From contig CAWIYB010000005.1 of assembly GCA_963840255.1 (NCBI GenBank), forward strand, positions 899,406-963,405: a stretch of DNA of 64,000 nucleotides, read 5' to 3'. The translations under genes were made by a program, and so were the position numbers. Source of the DNA: an uncultured Chloroflexia bacterium. GTDB taxonomy: Bacteria; Chloroflexota; Anaerolineae; Anaerolineales; UBA4823. The notes beneath the pieces are model-generated. The model had not been told where the DNA came from, made no database searches, and worked only from the letters and a program-made list of their open reading frames with translations. Below are positions 56,759 through 64,000 of this stretch, in pieces (within the stretch, counting starts at the first letter, position 1; every line of letters starts with the position of its first letter).

Positions 56759-57209
56759 TGTAGTACAGGAAAACGAACCGCCTCACGGTAATCTCATTTT
56801 ATAACAACCGGGGTAACCTGAGCATGTATCTATGTATAAAATACCCGTGATAATCATAAAAGTCAAATTTTTATCAGAGTAGGTCTTGCTGTGTGCACAA
56901 ATAGAAGCTGATAACTCTCCATTTTTCCCCAGACACACCTGTCTTTGGGGAGAAGTATTTTTGGCAGACAGATCTCGATATAATACCTGCCTATTAAATT
57001 AATAGTTATACGGATGTACCAACCATCTTCTCCCAATCAATGATGTAGAGAGATACGCTGATTATAATTGAAACTTGAATAACCCTACAACCTGCTCGAA
57101 TAAAGAATCCTTTCCAGCTCGCTTCGATCATGACTCAAGCATGGATTAGTACTGATAACGAATTGGATTATATGATCAGCTGCTGATGGAGAGTGATGAC
57201 GGGTATGCT

Positions 57210-58358
57210 TCACTTGTCTTTTTCCTCAGTGTTGCGACCAGAGGTAAATGAGCCCTTCACTTTTCCCCATAAGCCTTGCACATGCTTGACTGCTTCTTTT
57301 CTTTCTTCTTTTTTCTCTTCACCTGTATAGCGCATCAGAATCGCAACCGTACGCGTGCCTTCGAAATTCTCCAAGATGATCAGTACCAATAGAGTCATTG
57401 GGACTGCCAGGATGGCACCGATGCCACCCAACAGGTATCCCCAGACAAGCAAGCTGATGAATACAACCACTGGCGATATCCTTAACCGCTGACCCATAAG
57501 CTTAGGTTGATAAAAGTTTTGCACGCCACCATTTATAACCACGTAGGCGATAAAGACGATAAGTGCGGTTTGTAGACCATAGAGAGCATATGAAAGGAGA
57601 ACCGGTGGGATCAACGCAATCCAAAAACCAATCGATGGAATGTAACCCATGAACCATGCCAGCAACCCCCACAATAGCGCATAAGGCACTTCCAGGATCA
57701 CGAGAAGTATTACATCTCCGATGCCCACCAACATGTTGATCAATGTCAGGACCGATACATATTTGCGTACATCTTCGGTGAGATCAGCAACCCGTTTGAT
57801 AATCGACGAACCAGGATCCAAGCCCAAGCGGGAGGGAACAGGCAAAGCGATAGCGGCACTAATCATAAAGAGGAAAATTATCAGTGCTAATCCAAATTGA
57901 ACCAATAATTCTATCGTAATCGCCAGCACTCCCTGCGCCACAGTACCCAGACCGCGAGTCACCTGCTCTACCTGAATGTTCAACTGAGGAATCGCTGTGG
58001 AAGAAAGATCTTCAGTGGCTTGCGCTGAACCACTTGCCAGGTAGGCAGGAAGTTCAGTGGACAGCTTGGTGACTGAGAAGAAAACGGTTGCAATTACCAA
58101 TCCCAGGACCAAAGCTACCATCAGGATGGTTAGAACCAGCGACAGCCAGCCTGGAACACCTCGCTTTGTTAGCAAGCTGGGAACCGGCAGCACCGTAATC
58201 GTAATCACGACAGCCAGGAGGATCGGGTTGATGATTGAGGCTGAGGCGCGGATTCCAAACAAGATCACAAAGATACTGGCGAATCCGACCAGGTAAATCA
58301 CCAATCGGTTGGGTAAATTATTCATTTCGGATCTTTCTCGAGCACGATCGGTTTTCAT
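57210..58358 (-). CDS. AI-2E family transporter (PerM/UPF0118)
   Basis: 382 aa, ~8 TM helices. The central block FMGYIPSIGFWIALIPPVLL and overall topology are as I recall for this family. Confidence 0.7.
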   Translation of the reverse strand: MKTDRARERSEMNNLPNRLVIYLVGFASIFVILFGIRASASIINPILLAVVITITVLPVPSLLTKRGVPGWLSLVLTILMVALVLGLVIATVFFSVTKLSTELPAYLASGSAQATEDLSSTAIPQLNIQVEQVTRGLGTVAQGVLAITIELLVQFGLALIIFLFMISAAIALPVPSRLGLDPGSSIIKRVADLTEDVRKYVSVLTLINMLVGIGDVILLVILEVPYALLWGLLAWFMGYIPSIGFWIALIPPVLLSYALYGLQTALIVFIAYVVINGGVQNFYQPKLMGQRLRISPVVVFISLLVWGYLLGGIGAILAVPMTLLVLIILENFEGTRTVAILMRYTGEEKKEERKEAVKHVQGLWGKVKGSFTSGRNTEEKDK

Positions 58359-58442
58359 TCATGAGAGCCACCTGAAATTTATATTTCAGATCGATTCCTA
58401 AGCTCCAGTAATGCAGTCAGCTTTTTTAAGGTATGGAGAGCA

Positions 58443-59255
58443 TTATTTTACGGCATTATCGGGATTGTTTTTGTTTAATTGCTGACGGATTTCTGCCAGC
58501 TCATTTTTAATCATCATGAGTTCTTGTTCGACAGTGGATTCGGGCAAAATTTTGGTTGCTCCATCATCTTCAGCATCATGGGAAGAACCTACCAGGACGC
58601 TGGCAAGGATACTGGCCAACGCGCCGATGATCCCGACACCCATGAGCATGACGAATATCGCGGTAATCCTCCCACCCATTGTTATCGGATAAAAATCACC
58701 ATATCCGACTGTGGTGATGGTAACTATCGAGTACCACAGCGCATCCCAACCGGTTTTGATGTTAGCGTGCGGAGATTGACTCTCAAATTGGAGCACAAGT
58801 ATACTGGCGGTTGTCATGACAATCATCGCCAGCGAGGCGGTAATCATAGCCGCGTACTGGCTGCGGTTCATGAGTACATCGCGAACCAATTTCCTTCTTT
58901 CCTCACGACTGAATTGGTGAACAATTCGGAAAAGCCGGCTGAGGCGCGCCAATCTTAATAGCCCAGAGAACTTAAAAACATGACCGAATGAGGGTATCGA
59001 GCCTAAAAGGTCCAGCCAGCCACGCTCTTTAATAAAGTAATCGGATTTCTTGGAAGCAGATCTCAAGGCGAGAAAAAAGTCGACCAGAAAAATGACGCAG
59101 ATCAGGTTGTCATAAAACTGGAGCAACCCGAGGGTCGCATCATCGAGCGGTAACAGCATGATAACCATGATAACCAGGGAAATTATAGTAAGGATGAGAA
59201 TGAAAATGTTATAAGCGTTGCTGTGGCGGCGTGGGGTGATAACTTCCTGTGCCAT
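58443..59255 (-). CDS. voltage-gated-type potassium channel (6TM, Kv-like)
   Basis: 270 aa. S4 with regularly spaced Arg (GLLRLARLSRLFRIV), and the pore/selectivity filter TITTVGYGDFYP. Confidence 0.85.
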   Translation of the reverse strand: MAQEVITPRRHSNAYNIFILILTIISLVIMVIMLLPLDDATLGLLQFYDNLICVIFLVDFFLALRSASKKSDYFIKERGWLDLLGSIPSFGHVFKFSGLLRLARLSRLFRIVHQFSREERRKLVRDVLMNRSQYAAMITASLAMIVMTTASILVLQFESQSPHANIKTGWDALWYSIVTITTVGYGDFYPITMGGRITAIFVMLMGVGIIGALASILASVLVGSSHDAEDDGATKILPESTVEQELMMIKNELAEIRQQLNKNNPDNAVK

Positions 59256-59259
59256 AAGA

Positions 59260-59574
59260 TTACACCTCTACCTTTTGCTGTGGCAGGTTCTCGCGCAGGA
59301 TGTGCACACTGATCAACAGAAAAAATGTCATAAAGATTAATGCTGCCCCTAAAAAGATACCCTCGGGGAGCAGTAGATACGAGGCTAGCGCCAGACCTGG
59401 GAATGCCGTCCAACTACGCGTGAGCAAATCTCCTGTATCCAATGGGTTGGTATGGACAGAAGGCTGGGTAAGCACCAAGCTGGAAATAAGCAACAAGGAG
59501 AATATTATTCCAGCAATTGTTGTAGCAATGGATGCCGTCATTGTTGAACTGGTTAAATGGTTATCTGCACTCAT
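59260..59574 (-). CDS. small membrane protein, unknown function
   Basis: 104 aa with 3 hydrophobic segments. It ends 4 nt before the channel gene start, suggesting co-transcription. Confidence 0.45.
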   Translation of the reverse strand: MSADNHLTSSTMTASIATTIAGIIFSLLLISSLVLTQPSVHTNPLDTGDLLTRSWTAFPGLALASYLLLPEGIFLGAALIFMTFFLLISVHILRENLPQQKVEV

Positions 59575-59690
59575 ACCTGAATATCTGCCCCATCATTCTG
59601 GGTCATATCTAATGGATTTCAAAGCGCGCTCTGCTTACTCTAAATAAATCAACTCAATCGGTATATTGCCGGAGAATAGATGAAAACAGC

Positions 59691-60143
59691 TCACTTTGAT
59701 GCGCCACCGTTATTAAATAACATTCGCTGCTCACCACCCGCAGTCTCCAATGCCAAACCGCCTACACCATCAGGGCCACCTGCAGCCACACTACCAAGCA
59801 GAGTCAGATACTGTTGATCTAATGAGGTGTCGCCACAGTACGCCTGCGTGGTTGCACCAATTTTGATGGAAAAACCGCTTTCCTGCGAGTAGGTGCCACT
59901 AAAGTTGTTGCAATCGGCTTTACCCTCAAGGGTTCCATCGGAATTGAAGGTAATGGTGTAAATTCTTGGAGTGGGCACCGTGGTCGTCTCGCTGGTGGTT
60001 TGATTGGTTACACTCAACCACTGCCAAACAATGTCGGTGATTGAATTTGAGGGAGTATTTGTTTTTGCCGCTGAGCAGGCAGCTAAAAGCAGCATGACCA
60101 CCAGCCACACCAGCAAGGCGATAACTCGTTTGTAGATTTTCAT
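59691..60143 (-). CDS. META-domain lipoprotein (HslJ-like)
   Basis: I prefer the start at ATG 60143 (MKIYKRVIALLVWLVVMLLLAAC: signal peptide plus lipobox LAAC). The META pattern is WQWLSV...YTITFNSDGTLEGKADCNNFSGTY. Confidence 0.75.
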   Translation of the reverse strand: MKIYKRVIALLVWLVVMLLLAACSAAKTNTPSNSITDIVWQWLSVTNQTTSETTTVPTPRIYTITFNSDGTLEGKADCNNFSGTYSQESGFSIKIGATTQAYCGDTSLDQQYLTLLGSVAAGGPDGVGGLALETAGGEQRMLFNNGGASK

Positions 60144-60292
60144 GAATGCTATCCTCCGGTTATTAACAAATTGATGACGAAGCCAAAGGGAACATCGGTT
60201 AATTTTTACAGAAAATGCATACACCGGCCAGCGATTGGTTGGGATTAATAACCATTTCAAATCACAACCAATGTATAACAGGAATTTACCCG

Positions 60293-60640
60293 TCAGCTTG
60301 CCAGCAATTTTTGCTTGGCTGCGGTGAACTCTTCATCAGTCAGCACGCCTGAATAATGCAGATCCGCCAGCTGCTTAAGCTTGGCGGTCAGGTCATCCTG
60401 TGGTACCGGCGCGGGTGGGGGAGCATACTGCGGTGGGGGTGGGGCATACTGCTGCTGCTGAACCTGGGTATCAGCGGCACCCTGCTGATATGCCTGGTCA
60501 TACTGCTGCTGTGCAGCCGCTTCTTGATTGGCATATTTTTGCTGCTGGTGGTGACTGACTGCCCCGGCTGTCCCAGCTACAACCGCTGTACCCACTGCCA
60601 CCCGGGCGATACTTCTTCCAACCATCCTTCTTCGCATCAT
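60293..60640 (-). CDS. SHOCT-domain protein with Q/P-rich linker
   Basis: 115 aa. An N-terminal glycine-zipper-like hydrophobic segment, a Gln/Pro low-complexity linker, and a C-terminal SHOCT motif LKQLADLHYSGVLTDEEFTAAKQKLL. Confidence 0.75.
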   Translation of the reverse strand: MMRRRMVGRSIARVAVGTAVVAGTAGAVSHHQQQKYANQEAAAQQQYDQAYQQGAADTQVQQQQYAPPPPQYAPPPAPVPQDDLTAKLKQLADLHYSGVLTDEEFTAAKQKLLAS

Positions 60641-60687
60641 TTCGGCCTCCTATTCAACTGTAATGATCGATATATATTCTTCCAATA

Positions 60688-61116
60688 TTAATCAACACTG
60701 GCGAACTTCGCCGTCGTCTCCTGCACCACTGCATCGGGGATACGCTCGAGCATCACCAGGCGCCCATTGGCATTCAACACGGCTTCTCTGAACTTGATCG
60801 GCCACAAATTCTCAAACAGCATGATCGCCGCAGTGGTGTTGTTCTCCACCTTCTCTCCGATCATCTCGATGTCCTCCAGCTGAATGATCCCGGTGATCTG
60901 TGCTTTGAGCGGATCAAAGATCGCCACCACCGAGGGCTCCACCTGCTGCATCTCGCGCATCGTCACCTTGCCGTCGGCATCCTTCTGGACGATAACCAGA
61001 TCGATCACGCGCACGATTTCCTTATTTACCAGCTCCAACAGCGCCGGCATGATCTCACCCTTGAACTGGTTGCCTTTGAACTCAAGGGCAAGAAAGTCAA
61101 TTGGTCCGTAAGTCAT
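60688..61116 (-). CDS. conserved hypothetical protein (DUF6325-like)
   Basis: 142 aa. The N-terminus MTYGPIDFLALEFKGNQFKGEIMPALLELVNKEIVRVIDLVIVQKDADG resembles a family I recall as commonly paired with SHOCT proteins. The name assignment is from memory only. Confidence 0.5.
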   Translation of the reverse strand: MTYGPIDFLALEFKGNQFKGEIMPALLELVNKEIVRVIDLVIVQKDADGKVTMREMQQVEPSVVAIFDPLKAQITGIIQLEDIEMIGEKVENNTTAAIMLFENLWPIKFREAVLNANGRLVMLERIPDAVVQETTAKFASVD

Positions 61117-61299
61117 TTGGTTTCTCCTTCCCTAAATCTCAATATGTCGTTCCAATTCAGCCAGAGAGTGACGATGTGTGAGCAGGTTTCACCCACCCAC
61201 ACACCACCAAACTCAGGTCTGGATCTGTATTGCTAACTAGCAACTATTGCTACACTGCCAGAGGCGCTATTGTGAGTCTAAGTACTGACTTTACCAATT

Positions 61300-61626
61300 T
61301 TACGCCGCGGGTGCAGTTGGCTCGGTGTAGCCAGGAATGCGATTGCGGTTTTGATAGGCTGTGCTGCTCCAATGCCCCAGATCGATAAACACCGCCATGA
61401 CAATCCAGAACCAATCCCAGCCGTACAGTCCAATTCCAGGGCTCCACAGGATCACATACATTAAAGTGGTGAACGGCAGGAAGATGATCCCCAAGACTGG
61501 CCAAATAAAGCTGCTGAAAGCCGCTGAGAATAATTGCGGACGAGCGATCCAGATGAAAATCGTCCCAAGACGTGGGAATATACCGGCGAACAAGGCAAAT
61601 AAACAAGGCATTTTTGAATCCTCCAA
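61300..61626 (-). CDS. small 3-TM membrane protein, unknown function
   Basis: 108 aa, Trp-rich hydrophobic protein (IFIWIARPQLF, GLYGWDWFWIVMAVFIDLGHW). The overlapping ORF 61250..61606 in another frame looks non-coding. Confidence 0.5.
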   Translation of the reverse strand: MEDSKMPCLFALFAGIFPRLGTIFIWIARPQLFSAAFSSFIWPVLGIIFLPFTTLMYVILWSPGIGLYGWDWFWIVMAVFIDLGHWSSTAYQNRNRIPGYTEPTAPAA

Positions 61627-61703
61627 ATATTTCCAGATAAATTTCTATTTGGGGACAGCAGGAATGTGAAAGCTGCCGTCCCCACCAATTTGGTCAATGT
61701 GCT

Positions 61704-62228
61704 TTACTTGCCCGCGTGGGCCATTTCGTCAATGCACACTGCCACCGCCAGGATAAGGACATCATCCTGGCCAGGATCAATTGCTACGCCATAGCTATCG
61801 CGCAGTCGAAACCACTTTTTGGAGACTTCAGCGACCTTATCTCTACCTTCACCGATGGAGTACTCATGATCCAAAATATTACCTTGCACTTCCAAGTCTG
61901 GTCCACCCTTGATTTTCACCACCCAACGCTCCCGAATGGGAGTGATCAGGGCTTTTTTCACCGTGGCGATATTCTCACCACGGGGGCCTTCGATCTCCAT
62001 GCTATCTTTGATCCGCAGCATTTTTTCCTGGATCTTGCACAACTCGGTACCGTGGGCGTCCTCAAAGATCAGGGTCTGGCGCACACGCAGCGCTTTACCG
62101 TCCACTTTGAAAACTTTCTGGCCTTTATCATTCTCGATCCAGAAATCATCGCCAATGGCCACCATTTTCTGGCGCATCTGGTAATGGTTCGCGCCCTCCG
62201 CCTGGTCGCCCAAGCTGGCGGTCTTCAC
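61704..62228 (-). CDS. LURP-one-related / tubby-C-like (DUF567) protein
   Basis: 174 aa. MRQKMVAIGDDFWIENDKGQKVFKVDGKALRVRQTLIFEDAHGTELCKIQEKMLRIKDSMEI... shows the repeated beta-hairpin pattern typical of the family. Confidence 0.65.
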   Translation of the reverse strand: MKTASLGDQAEGANHYQMRQKMVAIGDDFWIENDKGQKVFKVDGKALRVRQTLIFEDAHGTELCKIQEKMLRIKDSMEIEGPRGENIATVKKALITPIRERWVVKIKGGPDLEVQGNILDHEYSIGEGRDKVAEVSKKWFRLRDSYGVAIDPGQDDVLILAVAVCIDEMAHAGK

Positions 62229-62324
62229 GTCGTTCTTCTCGTCTGCCTGGCATAATATAACCTCCTTAATTCATTGGTGGGGCAGATAGGTTCAAAAAAC
62301 TCATCGGCCCCTTTGGATTACTTG

Positions 62325-62813
62325 TTACTCCTCTGCGAAAGCAGCTTTCAAAGCTTCTTCCTGTTCTTTGGTCAGGTTGGATGCGATCAGCTCGAACTCA
62401 CTGCCTTTCAGCTCAGCAAATACCTTATCCTGGACTGCATCCGCGGTCATCAGGAACAGAGCTGATGTACCCTCTGTGACTTTATCGCGTGTCTTCTTGA
62501 TAAAATCATCATTGATACCGTAATCGGCTGATTTGCCCCCCAAAGCACCGAAAGCTGCACCTACCGCCAAACCAAAGATAGGCACGAAGAAAATCAGGCC
62601 AAACAACATACCCCAAAAAGCTCCTTGCATCGCCCCCATGCCTGCCATATCGACCAATTGCTTGGTCTTCGGAGCCTTTTGACCTTGCGGCCAGGTAACA
62701 ATGGCTGCATCCTGGAGCTTGATCAGCTCCATATTTTGCAGTCCTTTGATCTTTTCCAGCATATTCGCTGCCCCTTCGGGGGTGGAAAACTTGAGTACAG
62801 TTAGTGTTGCCAT
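62325..62813 (-). CDS. DUF1269-family membrane protein
   Basis: 162 aa. N-terminal soluble domain (MATLTVLKFSTPEGAANMLEKI...), a central glycine-zipper TM region (GMGAMQGAFWGMLFGLIFFVPIFGLAVGAAFGALGG), and a soluble C-terminus. Confidence 0.65.
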   Translation of the reverse strand: MATLTVLKFSTPEGAANMLEKIKGLQNMELIKLQDAAIVTWPQGQKAPKTKQLVDMAGMGAMQGAFWGMLFGLIFFVPIFGLAVGAAFGALGGKSADYGINDDFIKKTRDKVTEGTSALFLMTADAVQDKVFAELKGSEFELIASNLTKEQEEALKAAFAEE

Positions 62814-62938
62814 ATTAAACTCCTTATCGTAAAGTTTTGTAACAATAAATTGTGGATATGATATTCATTAACTACCCAGCATATTACAACATTCAGCTGC
62901 CATCTTACCGGAAATTCATCGATATCCGCGCAGGATCG

Positions 62939-63325
62939 TTAGGCTACATCGAATGCGCGTTTAACTCCCGGAAGCATGGCATATATCAGGATGATGGCGT
63001 TGAGCAGGAAGCTCACGCTGACATCTGTCCAATTGCCTGCGCCTAGCATGACGGTGAAATCCAGGATCAAGTTGAAGGCGGTAATTACTGCCAGGAACAG
63101 CCAGGCTTGCTTCTCGACAGCCCACAGCATTTGAGCCACCCACGCCCACACCCAAACCATCAGTCCCCACATTAGAGCCGACCAAAAGCTGAAGGCATGG
63201 ACCTTGAATTCGCCGATGAAGAACGGCAGGATATGCAGGGCTTGCAGCGTGTGGATTGCAGCCAACACAGCAGCGATCCCTGCCAGGATAGCCAAAACGG
63301 TAACTCCAAACGGACGTTGTTTCAT
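62939..63325 (-). CDS. 4-TM membrane protein, unknown function
   Basis: 128 aa, hydrophobic throughout, Trp-rich (LMWGLMVWVWAWVAQMLWAV). Confidence 0.5.
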   Translation of the reverse strand: MKQRPFGVTVLAILAGIAAVLAAIHTLQALHILPFFIGEFKVHAFSFWSALMWGLMVWVWAWVAQMLWAVEKQAWLFLAVITAFNLILDFTVMLGAGNWTDVSVSFLLNAIILIYAMLPGVKRAFDVA

Positions 63326-63455
63326 CTAGCTCTATTTCTCCTCTCTTTCAAAATTGATTGATGATTAATTTTTCTTCTACCTGATGCATAAAGAACCAGC
63401 GCTAATTATTTGGCCGATTTATATCTATTTAAGGCAACCTTTTCTGCCTTATTGA

Positions 63456-64000
63456 CTAACGCCTGGATGTACGGAGCAGCAGCAGAAACAGGTTGATGAA
63501 GTCGAGGTAAAGCGCCAGTGCTCCAACAACTACCATACCTCCCATACCCTGTTTGCCTTCCATTTGGGAAGAGAGCTGCTTTAATCGATTGGTGTCCCAG
63601 ACTGTCAACCCGGCAAAGAGCAGGATGCCGGTGAAGTTCATCGCCTGGTTCAGCCCAGCTGAGTGCGGGAAGAACAGGACGAAAATCCATCCAAACAACC
63701 AGCCCAGCAAGGCGAGCATTAAGAACCTGCCTACGCCGCTCATGTCGCCCTTTATGAATAGGCCAACAATGCTGCCGAATAAAAACATCCCGGCGGTTAC
63801 CCAGAAAGTATAGGCGATGGTGGTCTGGCTGTAATAGATAAAGATCGACGAGAGAGCCAGGCCGGTGAGGGCAGAATAGAGCAGGAATAGAAGCAGCGCT
63901 GCACCGGTGGACATACGCTGTACGGCCGCGCTCAGAAAAACCACGACAACGATCTGCAATAAAAACAGCCCAAAAGTAAACCATGGGTAAAACAGAATGC
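63456..64000 (-). CDS. Bax inhibitor-1/YccA-family membrane protein (N-terminus beyond the right edge)
   Basis: The C-terminal blocks GILLFAGLTVWDTNRLKQL and GALALYLDFINLFLLLLR are BI-1 signatures. The called TTG start at 63959 is artificial. The frame stays open and hydrophobic (ILFYPWFTFGLFLLQIVVV...) to the window edge. Confidence 0.8.
   Translation of the reverse strand, partial: ILFYPWFTFGLFLLQIVVVVFLSAAVQRMSTGAALLLFLLYSALTGLALSSIFIYYSQTTIAYTFWVTAGMFLFGSIVGLFIKGDMSGVGRFLMLALLGWLFGWIFVLFFPHSAGLNQAMNFTGILLFAGLTVWDTNRLKQLSSQMEGKQGMGGMVVVGALALYLDFINLFLLLLRTSRR

Noticed and set aside
63406-63984. 192-aa ORF overlapping the BI-1 gene in another frame
   Set aside because: Its translation is Arg/Cys/His-rich and not protein-like. 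The alternative frame gives canonical BI-1/YccA transmembrane blocks.
1-64000. Phage-defence, toxin-antitoxin, transposase, integrase or prophage content
   Set aside because: I looked for nuclease, helicase, methyltransferase, reverse transcriptase, integrase and transposase motifs among all ORFs of 60 aa or more on both strands and recognised none. The only mobile-looking sequences are the protein-less mini-repeats reported above.

Overview
The window is a 64-kb bacterial chromosomal segment with mid GC content and dense coding, mostly on the minus strand. All family calls rest on motifs I recognise in the supplied or hand-made translations; I ran no searches. The protein content (PD40-repeat exported protein, WS/DGAT, greatly expanded SecA) is reminiscent of Chloroflexota or Actinomycetota, but I cannot verify that.

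Housekeeping and metabolism:
- Acyl-CoA metabolism: carboxyltransferase beta subunit, SDR, Zn-ADH, two acyl-CoA dehydrogenases, MeaB plus a B12-binding mutase subunit.
- Core functions: SecA, Fpg/MutM, a DnaE-type polymerase, bacterioferritin and rubrerythrin.

Loci that stand out:
1. A 12-kb minus-strand copper/oxidase locus (34.4-49.0 kb). It holds a 1407-aa multi-PAS histidine kinase, two response regulators, a translationally coupled 149-aa unknown protein, and a 1947-aa secreted multicopper oxidase with novel repeat modules and FN3 domains. A YcnI-like exported protein and a CopC-CopD fusion follow it.
2. A gene-free 1.3-kb gap after secA filled with nested, covarying hairpin elements bounded by inverted termini. 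This is either a structured-RNA family or MITEs.
3. Two intergenic tandem-repeat arrays (19.98-20.28 kb and 25.09-25.57 kb) that share an inserted G/C mini-palindrome.
4. A candidate neutral-lipid-body cluster: phasin-like proteins, WS/DGAT and an ABC1/UbiB kinase.
5. A GyrA-CTD-like coiled-coil protein paired with a YegD-like Hsp70 ATPase.
6. A run of small membrane or stress proteins (59-64 kb).

Three conserved genes (secA, a GAF-PP2C phosphatase, the PD40 protein) each carry a single-nucleotide frameshift, most simply explained as consensus error. I found no rRNA, tRNA, CRISPR array, transposase or recognisable defence system.
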